Source of the DNA: a virus
Lineage: Duplodnaviria; Heunggongvirae; Uroviricota; Caudoviricetes
DNA length: 64,000 bases
Reading direction: 5' to 3' (one strand)
Virus record (IMG/VR): IMGVR_UViG_3300028585_000514
Shown: positions 28,024 to 35,822 of the stretch, one piece after another
Position numbering within the stretch: the first letter of the stretch is position 1
How the letters are laid out: the number at the start of each line of letters is the position of its first letter
Translations under genes and position numbers: made by a program
Notes under the pieces: model-generated
The model's input: the letters and a program-made list of their open reading frames with translations, nothing else
What the model was told of the DNA's origin: nothing
The model's database searches: none

Positions 28024-28335
28024 TTATTGCATTTTCAGTTCAAACTTGTCGTTTTCGACTTTGTTCCAGTGGTCGAGCCAAACTTTACGAATGGCTTCAA
28101 CAAGCTCAGGTGGAGGTGGAGGATCGAACTTGTAGCTCGGATCAGGAATCTTGCCGGTGTTGTTGCAACGGTAGCAGGGAACAGGATCGTCAAGCATTCC
28201 GAAGTGCGGACGGCAGCTACCACCACAGGATGTGCAGGTGACGTCAGGGGCACTCGGAACGTGAGATGGGTATAGTTTCAATACCCATTCGAAGTTATGT
28301 CCCTGGAACGTATCCTTGAGGACGTATCGACTCAT
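28024..28335 (-). CDS. Cys-rich (CxxC…CxxC) putative zinc-ribbon protein (start MSRYVLK)
   Basis: An ATGA overlap with the upstream 57-aa membrane mini-ORF (28332..28505). Cysteine pairs: CTSCGGSC and CYRCNN. Confidence 0.5.
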   Translation of the reverse strand: MSRYVLKDTFQGHNFEWVLKLYPSHVPSAPDVTCTSCGGSCRPHFGMLDDPVPCYRCNNTGKIPDPSYKFDPPPPPELVEAIRKVWLDHWNKVENDKFELKMQ

Positions 28336-28509
28336 TTCATGAATTTGAAGAATGGCCAGATGAAGGCCATAGCAAACATCATGATGCGAGCGCGCCATGG
28401 AGTTTGTTCAGCGACCATCGAAAGGAACATCATGATGCCCGGTTGTTGCTTGACGACTTTAACGCCGTAGTATAGCCAGATTGCGAGGATGATTAAGGTC
28501 AGCATATGA

Positions 28510-28920
28510 TTACATGTAGAAGTGGTCGAGTGGTTCGTATTTTTCTAAGCGAATGTGTTGGATGTGTTCAACCGTGCATTCGTAGATATTTTCGTATTGA
28601 TGCTTCAGCGGAGTGATGCCGGTGTATAGGATGTTGCCAAACGCGACCGGAGTGTGATGCTTGACACCGACAGTGCATGGGCTATCCTCGAAATCGATCC
28701 AGCAAGTCGAGTTGGCATGCGGGTCTGGAGCTTTGTGAGCATACTCCAAACGTGCTTTGATTATTGGAAGTCTGAACAGCCATCCAAAGAAACCAGGACG
28801 ATACCCGCCGATTTCTTTTGCTGCTGGCCAAGCGCTATGCTGGCATGGGCGATTGAGTTTCATGCTGGGAGATAGGAGAGAAGGTGAAACTTTGACAGCT
28901 CCCAGAGTAGCGACTTTCAC
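28510..28920 (-). CDS. hypothetical protein (start may be the internal MKLNRPC)
   Basis: Called only from the ORF track. Confidence 0.45.
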   Translation of the reverse strand: MKVATLGAVKVSPSLLSPSMKLNRPCQHSAWPAAKEIGGYRPGFFGWLFRLPIIKARLEYAHKAPDPHANSTCWIDFEDSPCTVGVKHHTPVAFGNILYTGITPLKHQYENIYECTVEHIQHIRLEKYEPLDHFYM

Positions 28921-29005
28921 GCGCTATGTTATCCCATTGCGGGATGGCCGGTGCTTAGGTTGTAGGAGCGACCTACTATCTTGCTGAGTGTAACGCTGTC
29001 AAAGT

Positions 29006-29089
29006 TGGTGCCCAAAGCCGGACTCGAACCGGCACGCCTTGCGGCAGCGGATTTTGAATCCGCCAAGTCTACCATTCCATCATTTGGGC
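29006..29089 (-). tRNA. tRNA-Leu, anticodon read as CAA; type II with a long variable arm; CCA encoded
   Basis: Hand-folded: acceptor GCCCAAA/TTTGGGC, anticodon stem GCGGA/TCCGC with loop TTCAAAA, T-arm CCGGTTCGAGTCCGG, and a 3' CCA. Confidence 0.7.
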
Positions 29090-29099
29090 ATATGTGATA

Positions 29100-29400
29100 T
29101 TTATCATTCACACTCCATAGTGAACTCTTAGCGTTTCGAACCGCATAAATTCACTACAGGCTATGAACAAAGTTCTTGTAAGTGTCTTAACTGCCTAGTG
29201 GGACTCGAACCTCACGACGGCGCCGATCACCATTTCTGATGTGGCCGCTCTACCAACTGAGCTATAGGAACGGACATTTTCCTCAGCATCCACACCTTAC
29301 AAAACCTTCATCCGGAGTTTCACCGGGCTGGACAGCTAATCCAGTCATTCTGCTCACCTAACTTAACCATAGACTATATCGGTCCGCCGCTAAGCTTCGG
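29100..29400. repeat. duplicated ~300-bp noncoding module A; contains the degenerate tRNA-like sequence plus flanking conserved hairpins
   Basis: Shared blocks with module B: ACTCCATAG…GCGTTT…AACCGC…CTACAGGCTATGARCAAAGTTYTTGT…[tRNA-like]…GGAGTTTCACC…GCTARTCC. Confidence 0.55.
29192..29276 (-). tRNA. degenerate tRNA-like sequence (pseudo-tRNA?); no CCA; T-stem carries a bulged nucleotide
   Basis: A canonical D-arm (TAGCTCAGTTGGTAGAGCG) and T-loop (GTGAGG-TTCGAGT-CCCAC with one bulged A) are present. The acceptor and anticodon stems do not pair. Confidence 0.3.
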
Positions 29401-29508
29401 TAGTGATCTTGGCTGCATTCGGGTCCTTGGCCTTCGGCGTCCTAGCAAGCAGCAGCTCACCCGTCAAGATCACATTTGGAGTGGGTATCGCTCCCACCTT
29501 CGACTTTT

Positions 29509-29682
29509 ACGCCTTATCCGAACCTTGTCGTTCCAAATTCTTTTCAAGAAATCCTATGATAAGAGGAATGTCATTCACGTCATAAACTTCTGGCTCTCCC
29601 AATGTTGCTAGGTCGGCATTGAGTTCATCGAGTTCTTGCTGAATACGCTTCAGGCGTTCCAGTACTTTGACGGTGTTTGCCA
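29509..29682 (-). CDS. hypothetical small protein (58 aa)
   Basis: Translates to MANTVKVLERLKRIQQELDELNADLATLGE…. It lies between the two repeat modules and has an AAAGG ribosome-binding site. Confidence 0.35.
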
Positions 29683-29689
29683 TTTCTTA

Positions 29690-29990
29690 CCTTTAAGTTT
29701 CATACTCCATAGCACACTCATGCGTTTGCAACCGCTTCAAATGTGCTACAGGCTATGAGCAAAGTTTTTGTGCTGCGACATAGATCATTCGGGATTCGAA
29801 CCGCGACACCCTCCGGTAGAAAACCGGTATGCAACCACTACACCTATGACGTCCCTATAACACAACACAAACTTCGCATGGAGTTTCACCACTCGGATAG
29901 CTAGTCCGACCATTGCTCCCGTGCTTTACACTAAGTCAGCTATTCGCACGTAGCTCGAGTTCCAAGGATGGGCAACAGTTATGTATTCCT
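29690..29990. repeat. duplicated ~300-bp noncoding module B, a paralog of module A
   Basis: Same conserved blocks as module A, and it contains tRNA-like sequence 29766..29851. Confidence 0.55.
29766..29851 (-). tRNA. degenerate tRNA-like sequence; no CCA; T-stem with a bulged C (TCGCGG-TTCGAAT-CCCGA)
   Basis: Hand-folded. The T-arm is recognisable but the acceptor stem does not pair. Confidence 0.3.
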
Positions 29991-30041
29991 GCGCGATGCC
30001 ATGGACCACATCCCTCGAGATGGACGATGTTCTTTACTTGC

Positions 30042-30356
30042 TTACTGCGTGGACCAAAGCTTCAGGAGCTTTTTGGCCTTTGCTGCTTTGATGCCTTTCA
30101 AACGAGCGACTTGTTTCATATGGTACTCGAACAGACCAGTCACCATTGATTTCACCGCCCATTCACCCATGGTGGAAGCACCAACAACAGCTTGGGCAAA
30201 CGTTTCGCTTTTCGGATTGTCGCGCTTGATGTTCTTTGCAACAAGAACGATCGCTTCGCGTACCGAATACTGAATCACCAACTTTTCGAGTTGTTCACGA
30301 ATGATGGTCGGTGATGCAGAATTGAAGTTCTGGCCAGGCGGGATGATCTTATCCAC
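30042..30356 (-). CDS. hypothetical protein
   Basis: A 104-aa ORF. Confidence 0.55.
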   Translation of the reverse strand: MDKIIPPGQNFNSASPTIIREQLEKLVIQYSVREAIVLVAKNIKRDNPKSETFAQAVVGASTMGEWAVKSMVTGLFEYHMKQVARLKGIKAAKAKKLLKLWSTQ

Positions 30357-30861
30357 GATGCGTCACGCGCTGGGCTGGACCGCCTGGCGTTTTACCACTT
30401 GCTGCTGGCGGTGGTGGCGTCACGGTCTTGTTCACACCTTCGTCGACGCGTTCCAGACGCACCGAGCTCAGGTAGTTTTCCTTCGGTGCCTCGTTGAACA
30501 GCGTGGCGTCCTTGACCTTTGGGATCACGACGTAGGAAACACAGCCGTTCAGGTAGGTGGCCTTGGCAACGGCGATACCTTCGAAGCCAGAGACCTTGTC
30601 CTTGACGCGTTCGCCCAGCTTGAACTTCTCTTCTTCGGTCACTTCGGTAACACGAGCCGAAACACCGTCGTCGACGTAGTCGAGCATGTGGTGATCGAGG
30701 AACATGGCTTCTGGATAGTTGTCACCAGTCTTGGTCTGCGGTTGCAGAGCATACTGGGTATTGCCGGCGAGGTTTTCCATCTTCTGGATGGCGATGCCAG
30801 TGAAGCCAGAAGTGGCGTCACGAAGGGTTTGACCGAGTTTGAGTTCGACTGTCGTTTCCAT
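30349..30861 (-). CDS. hypothetical protein (start METTVELKL)
   Basis: The internal Met is preceded by GAATAATATG. The track start is upstream and overlaps a tRNA. Confidence 0.6.
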   Translation of the reverse strand: METTVELKLGQTLRDATSGFTGIAIQKMENLAGNTQYALQPQTKTGDNYPEAMFLDHHMLDYVDDGVSARVTEVTEEEKFKLGERVKDKVSGFEGIAVAKATYLNGCVSYVVIPKVKDATLFNEAPKENYLSSVRLERVDEGVNKTVTPPPPAASGKTPGGPAQRVTHRG

Positions 30862-30888
30862 ATTATTCACGTAAGTGGATTGATCGGT

Positions 30889-30973
30889 TGGTGCCCAGAG
30901 CGGGACTCGAACCCGCACTTCTTTCGAAACCGGATTTTGAGTCCGGCGCGTCTACCAATTCCGCCATCTGGGC
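30889..30973 (-). tRNA. tRNA-Leu, anticodon read as CAA; type II; CCA encoded
   Basis: Hand-folded: acceptor GCCCAGA/TCTGGGC, anticodon stem CCGGA/TCCGG with loop CTCAAAA, long variable arm, T-arm GCGGGTTCGAGTCCCGC. Confidence 0.65.
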
Positions 30974-31142
30974 AAGGGGCTTGTCAAGGGTACATCTCAA
31001 CAAGCTAATCTCAAAGTCGCACTGATGTTCCAGTTCATCCACTAAGGCAGTTGGCTCCCCACGCATACGCAGTATCAATCTCGTCAGTCACAAACCGTAT
31101 GCGGCTTATAACTCAAGGATGGCCCAATCCAGAGCATACTAT

Positions 31143-31264
31143 CCAGACCCCACTGTTGGCGTCGAACCAACGACCTCAGTTCCTACTTGCTCACCGCGAG
31201 GCTTGTGTTTATCAAGCAATCCGGGCTTTCGTACTTTGCGCTCTACCAACCTGAGCTAAGTGGT
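31143..31264 (-). tRNA. tRNA-like gene with a ~45-nt insertion between the D-arm and T-arm; no CCA
   Basis: D-arm TAGCTCAGGTTGGTAGAGCG and T-arm GTTGG-TTCGACG-CCAAC are canonical. The internal hairpin GCTTG-ATAAACA-CAAGC is the only anticodon-like stem, and the acceptor stem is only 5 bp. Confidence 0.3.
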
Positions 31265-31275
31265 TTCAGTTGGAG

Positions 31276-31482
31276 TTAACCAACTTGAACTCGTTCAACC
31301 TCGATGCCGGCCTTACGCAGATCATCTTCGGTTTCGCAAACGTCATCTGCATGAATGACATTCGCTTGCACCGATGCACCTTTCATTGGCTGAAGGAACA
31401 CTGGTCTGAACTTACCTAAGATTTTGGTGGACGTAAAGCCACCAAAAACCTTACCATCTTTGTCACGAAGAATGTAAAACAT
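31276..31482 (-). CDS. hypothetical protein
   Basis: A 68-aa ORF with a TATAAT plus conserved GCTTCCATCGACAA box upstream. Confidence 0.5.
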   Translation of the reverse strand: MFYILRDKDGKVFGGFTSTKILGKFRPVFLQPMKGASVQANVIHADDVCETEDDLRKAGIEVERVQVG

Positions 31483-31544
31483 TCAATCCCCATCAGCATT
31501 TGTCGATGGAAGCATTATATCACTTCCATCAATCTTTTGCTGTT

Positions 31545-32351
31545 TTACTTCGCTGGAAGAAGCATTGGGGTGTTCGTGGCACCCATCACGAAGGTGCAGG
31601 TCGTTCCGGCGCGGCATGCATCGCTGTAGCGCTTGATGCCTTCCAGTTGCAGGAACTGGTCAGGCGACAGTTGCATTTCTTGGCGATATGCATTGTCGGC
31701 AGCAGCACGAGCTTGTTCGGCACGCTTACGCTGAACTTCAGCTTTTTCCTGCTCGATCATGGTCTTCGAACGCTGTTGCTGGGCCGCAGTCATGTCGATT
31801 TGTTCGAGCACGTTCTTGTTCGGAAGTGCACGCCCGATCGACAGGTCGGCGACGACGAATGGCAGCTTGTTCTCTTTGATGATCTTGTCCAGACCAGCAC
31901 GAACGTTGCGTTCCATGGTCGATGCCGTATCGGTGCCGGTCAGCAGGTCGTTCATCGAGTACTTCTTGGCTTCATCGCGAACCAGCGCCTGGTATTGACG
32001 TTGCAGGTTGTTTGCGTACCAGGTTTCGGTACCGTAGGTCTTCACGATGGCGATTGGATCGGTGATGCGAATCTGCAGCGTGGTGCGGAAGTCGACTGGG
32101 ACAGTATCCGAAGTCATGAGGTCGTCGAAGACTTCCTCGATCTTCAGGTTCTGCATGTTGATGCCGATGGCTTCGCTCGACCACCAGGTGTAGTTACGGC
32201 CTGGTTTGAAGGTCTCGCCGCGCACACCGCCTTGACCGACGAAGATTGGCTTGTCCATGATCACCGATTCGGTACCAGGAGCAGTATCCACTTTGGTACA
32301 ACCGGTCAGCAGAAGAACACCCGCGACAATCGCGGAAGTGAGTAAACGCAT
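31545..32351 (-). CDS. lipoprotein with an SPFH/band-7-like domain
   Basis: Lipobox LLLTGC, and a stomatin/prohibitin-like core (TLQIRITDPIAIVKTYG…). The ORF is GC-rich. Confidence 0.6.
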   Translation of the reverse strand: MRLLTSAIVAGVLLLTGCTKVDTAPGTESVIMDKPIFVGQGGVRGETFKPGRNYTWWSSEAIGINMQNLKIEEVFDDLMTSDTVPVDFRTTLQIRITDPIAIVKTYGTETWYANNLQRQYQALVRDEAKKYSMNDLLTGTDTASTMERNVRAGLDKIIKENKLPFVVADLSIGRALPNKNVLEQIDMTAAQQQRSKTMIEQEKAEVQRKRAEQARAAADNAYRQEMQLSPDQFLQLEGIKRYSDACRAGTTCTFVMGATNTPMLLPAK

Positions 32352-32453
32352 TGTTTGAATTCCTATATTATTTTTGAAGGGTGTTGACGTAGAGCCAACA
32401 GTGAAATTATATCGGACAATGCGCTTTCCGAGAGGAAATTGTTGCGTGAAAAA

Positions 32454-33038
32454 TTATTTGACGCTTCGTTCAAATGCTTCACGAATAGTGTCTGGGTCTT
32501 TTGCAGTCTTAGTGCAAAGGTACTTTGGATCAGGCATCACATGCACTCGCCCTAAATCAAGACGATCTGCATCATAGCAAACTTGGACTGTGATGTCTTC
32601 ATGTGTACCACCATGGCTATGGCCGCTCATAGCAGCACACAGGAGGTCAAAGCCCTCATCGTCAATGGTGAAATAGCTTCCATCAGCACGGAGCGCCCTG
32701 GCGTTCTCTACCGCTCTCTCGCCGTGCTCGATGTCGTGCCAGTCGTCAAAGCGTTCATGATCATGGAGGAAGGCAAATAGGGTGACAACATCAAGACGGG
32801 CGCCTTCAGCTCGAGCAAGCTTAGTACCATTAACGAGGACGCGAGCCCAGTGAGGAGCACCATGAATGCCCTTCCAATCTAGACGGAAATGTTGTTTGAG
32901 GTATTTGGTAAGTGCGGGAACGTTAATGGTTCCAGTAGAGGCGGGATTCATCATTGCTGCTTGACGATTGGCAGCAACTAGTCGGTTGTCCGACGGTTTA
33001 TCGTATTCGTATTCCATAGCAGAGAAAGGAAAGGCCAA
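32454..33038 (-). CDS. HD-domain phosphohydrolase-like protein
   Basis: H…HD motif: LFAFLHDHERFDD. Confidence 0.5.
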   Translation of the reverse strand: MAFPFSAMEYEYDKPSDNRLVAANRQAAMMNPASTGTINVPALTKYLKQHFRLDWKGIHGAPHWARVLVNGTKLARAEGARLDVVTLFAFLHDHERFDDWHDIEHGERAVENARALRADGSYFTIDDEGFDLLCAAMSGHSHGGTHEDITVQVCYDADRLDLGRVHVMPDPKYLCTKTAKDPDTIREAFERSVK

Positions 33039-33066
33039 TCCTTTCGAATTGGCCTTTGTTAGTTAA

Positions 33067-34617
33067 TTAAGGGCAGTACTGGTTGCAGAAGCAGTCATTT
33101 TTATCGCAGCCAAAGCATTGGCCGTCGCATGGGCCACTGCAATATTGACCGCATAGGCTGTCATATCGAATGTTTGGCCAAATGTCAACTGGGTACGAAC
33201 CCGGCTGAGTACCGGCTTGCGCGATATACAATGTCATTGGGAAAGTATTCACACCACCAGTATCATGCGTAACGGTGACGACATACTCGAGGACTTGAGT
33301 CTCGGCGTGTGCAGAGCCGACTAAGCGCCCAACGATCCAGCCATTTGAGAGGTATAGGCCTTCAGGCAGTTCACCATCTAGCTCAACCTTAGTGGTGTAC
33401 GGAGAAACAACCAGCATCCCGTGAGTGTCAGTATTCTCATATACCACACGATTTACTTTGATGGAACCAGAGACCATAGTTTCGGTCGCCTTGGTCACGA
33501 AGGTTGCGACTTGATTAACGCTAGCCGCATACTTCTCCGAAAGAACTAGCATGTTCTTCTTTAGCATACCGTACATTTCCAGCAAAGATTTGATGGACGC
33601 TGTGTAGCCAACGTTAGAGTACAAGATGTCACTATTGTACGCGAGGCATGCAGTCATGATGCCAGCGGCGATTGAAGTTCCTGAGACCGATCCTACGTTT
33701 CCATCGATCAACGCCGCGGTGATGTTCGTACCTGGAGCCCAGCCATCCAGTGCACCGTAGTTTGTTTCGCCAGCGGTGTTCGACGTTGCGCTGGTGTAGT
33801 TTGAGAAGTCAGCGGGTTCAAAGTTCTCGTCATATGCGCCAACAGTCAGCACATCGGACATCGATGCTGGAGTCACGTTCTGGATTGGGGTGCCATTGTT
33901 ACCAGCAGATACGACGACAAAAGCACCAGCGTTGATCAACTCTTGAATCTTCGATTCGATGTACTCGTTCTTGGTAATGGACCAAGAAATGTTCACGATT
34001 GGCACCGAACCAGCGCTAGCTAGAATGTCGGCGAGGATCGCATCGAACGCCTGAACTAGGTCCGAAGTCATTGTCGACTTAGAGCTGTCGAACACCTTCA
34101 CGACCTTGATGATTGAGTTAGAGATGCCAAGTGATTTGCCGGCTACCACGGAAGCAATCGAGGTGCCATGACCGTTGGTGTCTTCAAAGTCGCCATTGAA
34201 CGAGAATACATTCTGGATGTTCACTCCTTCAAATTCTGAATGAGCGGCGTTGATACCAGAGTCAACGATGTACACCGAAGTCTTGGCACCGCGCTTAACG
34301 AAGGATGAGTTGTCGGCGTTGAAGTCGATTTCGTAAGCTGAGGCAGTTTTCCACCAATCAGCATCGTGACTGAAGGATGAAACTTCACCAATAGACGCTG
34401 GGATGATTTCAACGGTGTTTAGCAGTTGTGCCGAAACGTTTTGGTCTTCGACGATAGTCTCGACGATTTCAGTTGCAGTCGGGGCGACAGCGCACTCAAC
34501 GATGTATACGCCGTTGAGCGCATTCATACTTGAGTAAGCAGCCACATTATTTTGGGACATCCATGAGTCGATTTCTTGTTGAGAAGCCGAATCTGTAAAG
34601 TCGATTAGAAATTTCAT
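33067..34617 (-). CDS. S8 subtilisin-like serine peptidase with an N-terminal propeptide-like domain and a Cys-rich C-terminal tail (module 1)
   Basis: Catalytic triad VYIVDSGI (Asp), NGHGTSIASV (His) and GTSIAAGIMTA (Ser). The C-terminus is …CGQYCSGPCDGQCFGCDKNDCFCNQYCP. Confidence 0.8.
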   Translation of the reverse strand: MKFLIDFTDSASQQEIDSWMSQNNVAAYSSMNALNGVYIVECAVAPTATEIVETIVEDQNVSAQLLNTVEIIPASIGEVSSFSHDADWWKTASAYEIDFNADNSSFVKRGAKTSVYIVDSGINAAHSEFEGVNIQNVFSFNGDFEDTNGHGTSIASVVAGKSLGISNSIIKVVKVFDSSKSTMTSDLVQAFDAILADILASAGSVPIVNISWSITKNEYIESKIQELINAGAFVVVSAGNNGTPIQNVTPASMSDVLTVGAYDENFEPADFSNYTSATSNTAGETNYGALDGWAPGTNITAALIDGNVGSVSGTSIAAGIMTACLAYNSDILYSNVGYTASIKSLLEMYGMLKKNMLVLSEKYAASVNQVATFVTKATETMVSGSIKVNRVVYENTDTHGMLVVSPYTTKVELDGELPEGLYLSNGWIVGRLVGSAHAETQVLEYVVTVTHDTGGVNTFPMTLYIAQAGTQPGSYPVDIWPNIRYDSLCGQYCSGPCDGQCFGCDKNDCFCNQYCP

Positions 34618-34892
34618 GTTGATGAGCTTTCGTTAGCAATGATTGTTATTTTTGTCCATTTGCCAACTGGGCACTCCGCTGATGACAAATAAGTTTTGGC
34701 GGCCATGAAGCAACCACATTTTTTACACGTTGATGTTACTTCAACAAAGTGTGGGCACGACTTGCAAATGTCATATCGTTCTTCACGAACAGAACTTTCA
34801 ACCTTCAGTTCGTCAAAGCGTTCGGCTGCTGCTTGCGCGCCAGCGGCAACAACGGCTTGAGTGCGCTCGGCGAGTTTTTTTAGAAAGGACAT
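34614..34892 (-). CDS. small Cys-rich (CxxC…CxxC) protein
   Basis: DICKSCPHF…CKKCGCF…AECP; GACATATTATTTTT lies upstream. It sits between the PP-loop gene and the peptidase gene of module 1. Confidence 0.55.
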   Translation of the reverse strand: MSFLKKLAERTQAVVAAGAQAAAERFDELKVESSVREERYDICKSCPHFVEVTSTCKKCGCFMAAKTYLSSAECPVGKWTKITIIANESSST

Positions 34893-34893
34893 A

Positions 34894-35766
34894 TTATTTT
34901 TCGTTAATTAAAAAAACTGGGGTGTAATGGTTTTTGAATTTGATGAGGTATTTATTCCTGAATAACTGATCAAAAACTCTTTTTGATGGTAGACTGGAAT
35001 GTGCTAATTTCATTTTGACTGTTACTCTATCACCAAACGCGTCGTAATAATCCTTTAGGCGTTCGAAGCCAGTAAGTTTATTGCTTTGCGGAATAATCGG
35101 GATACCGAGCATCTCATACCTTGCACATTTAAACAAATACGGATCATGGTGAAGTGAACTTAAACCCTCATCATTCCGATTCATCTGGATCACACTCGAT
35201 TTTGCGACAGCAGAATCGCTCATTAAGAAAAATGGAATGATGCTACTATTCGTGATGGTCGCGTATCGCTGTAGTCCAAAAATTGTATTGTCGATAGAGA
35301 GGCGACCCGGATATGGTATGTTACCGGAAAAGACTTTGGTGCCACCGGATACTAGTTCGGAGAATCTCATATGCGTACATAATTGCGGACTTGCGCATTG
35401 ATATATGGTCGCATAATGATCCAAATGATTTTCTAGGAAATCTAGAATATCAAAATCAAGATAGGATAATTCTATCCGTTCACGATCACAAAACAGTTTG
35501 CACTCTTCGATGTCATGATCGTTGAAGCCGTTGTATCGCACGTGAACAGCATTGAACGGGACGCCAGAAAGCTTCCATACGTATAGCATAGTTTGGCTAT
35601 CAATACCACCGGAAACAAATAGGGTGAATGGGGAAGGGTAGGTGTCAGAGATTCGATGTACATAAGCAACCAATGATTCTAAACAATCCAGTTTAGAATC
35701 ATTGGCAACATCAATCTCAAGATGAATTACTTTGTTTAAAGAAATGCCGTCGGCGGTTAGTTCCAT
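34894..35766 (-). CDS. PP-loop ATP pyrophosphatase superfamily protein (module 1)
   Basis: SGGxDS-type PP-loop: FVSGGIDSQ. Confidence 0.75.
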   Translation of the reverse strand: MELTADGISLNKVIHLEIDVANDSKLDCLESLVAYVHRISDTYPSPFTLFVSGGIDSQTMLYVWKLSGVPFNAVHVRYNGFNDHDIEECKLFCDRERIELSYLDFDILDFLENHLDHYATIYQCASPQLCTHMRFSELVSGGTKVFSGNIPYPGRLSIDNTIFGLQRYATITNSSIIPFFLMSDSAVAKSSVIQMNRNDEGLSSLHHDPYLFKCARYEMLGIPIIPQSNKLTGFERLKDYYDAFGDRVTVKMKLAHSSLPSKRVFDQLFRNKYLIKFKNHYTPVFLINEK

Positions 35767-35822
35767 AATGAACTCGTCAAGTGAATGATGTTAAGTATTT
35801 ATTCACATAACAAGTTCATTAC

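Noticed and set aside
28990-31270. Possibility that the repeated tRNA-like modules are a CRISPR array or an integron attC array.
   Set aside because: The repeats are about 300 bp long, non-identical and contain tRNA-derived structure. There are no short direct repeats with unique spacers, and there is no adjacent cas or integrase gene in the window.
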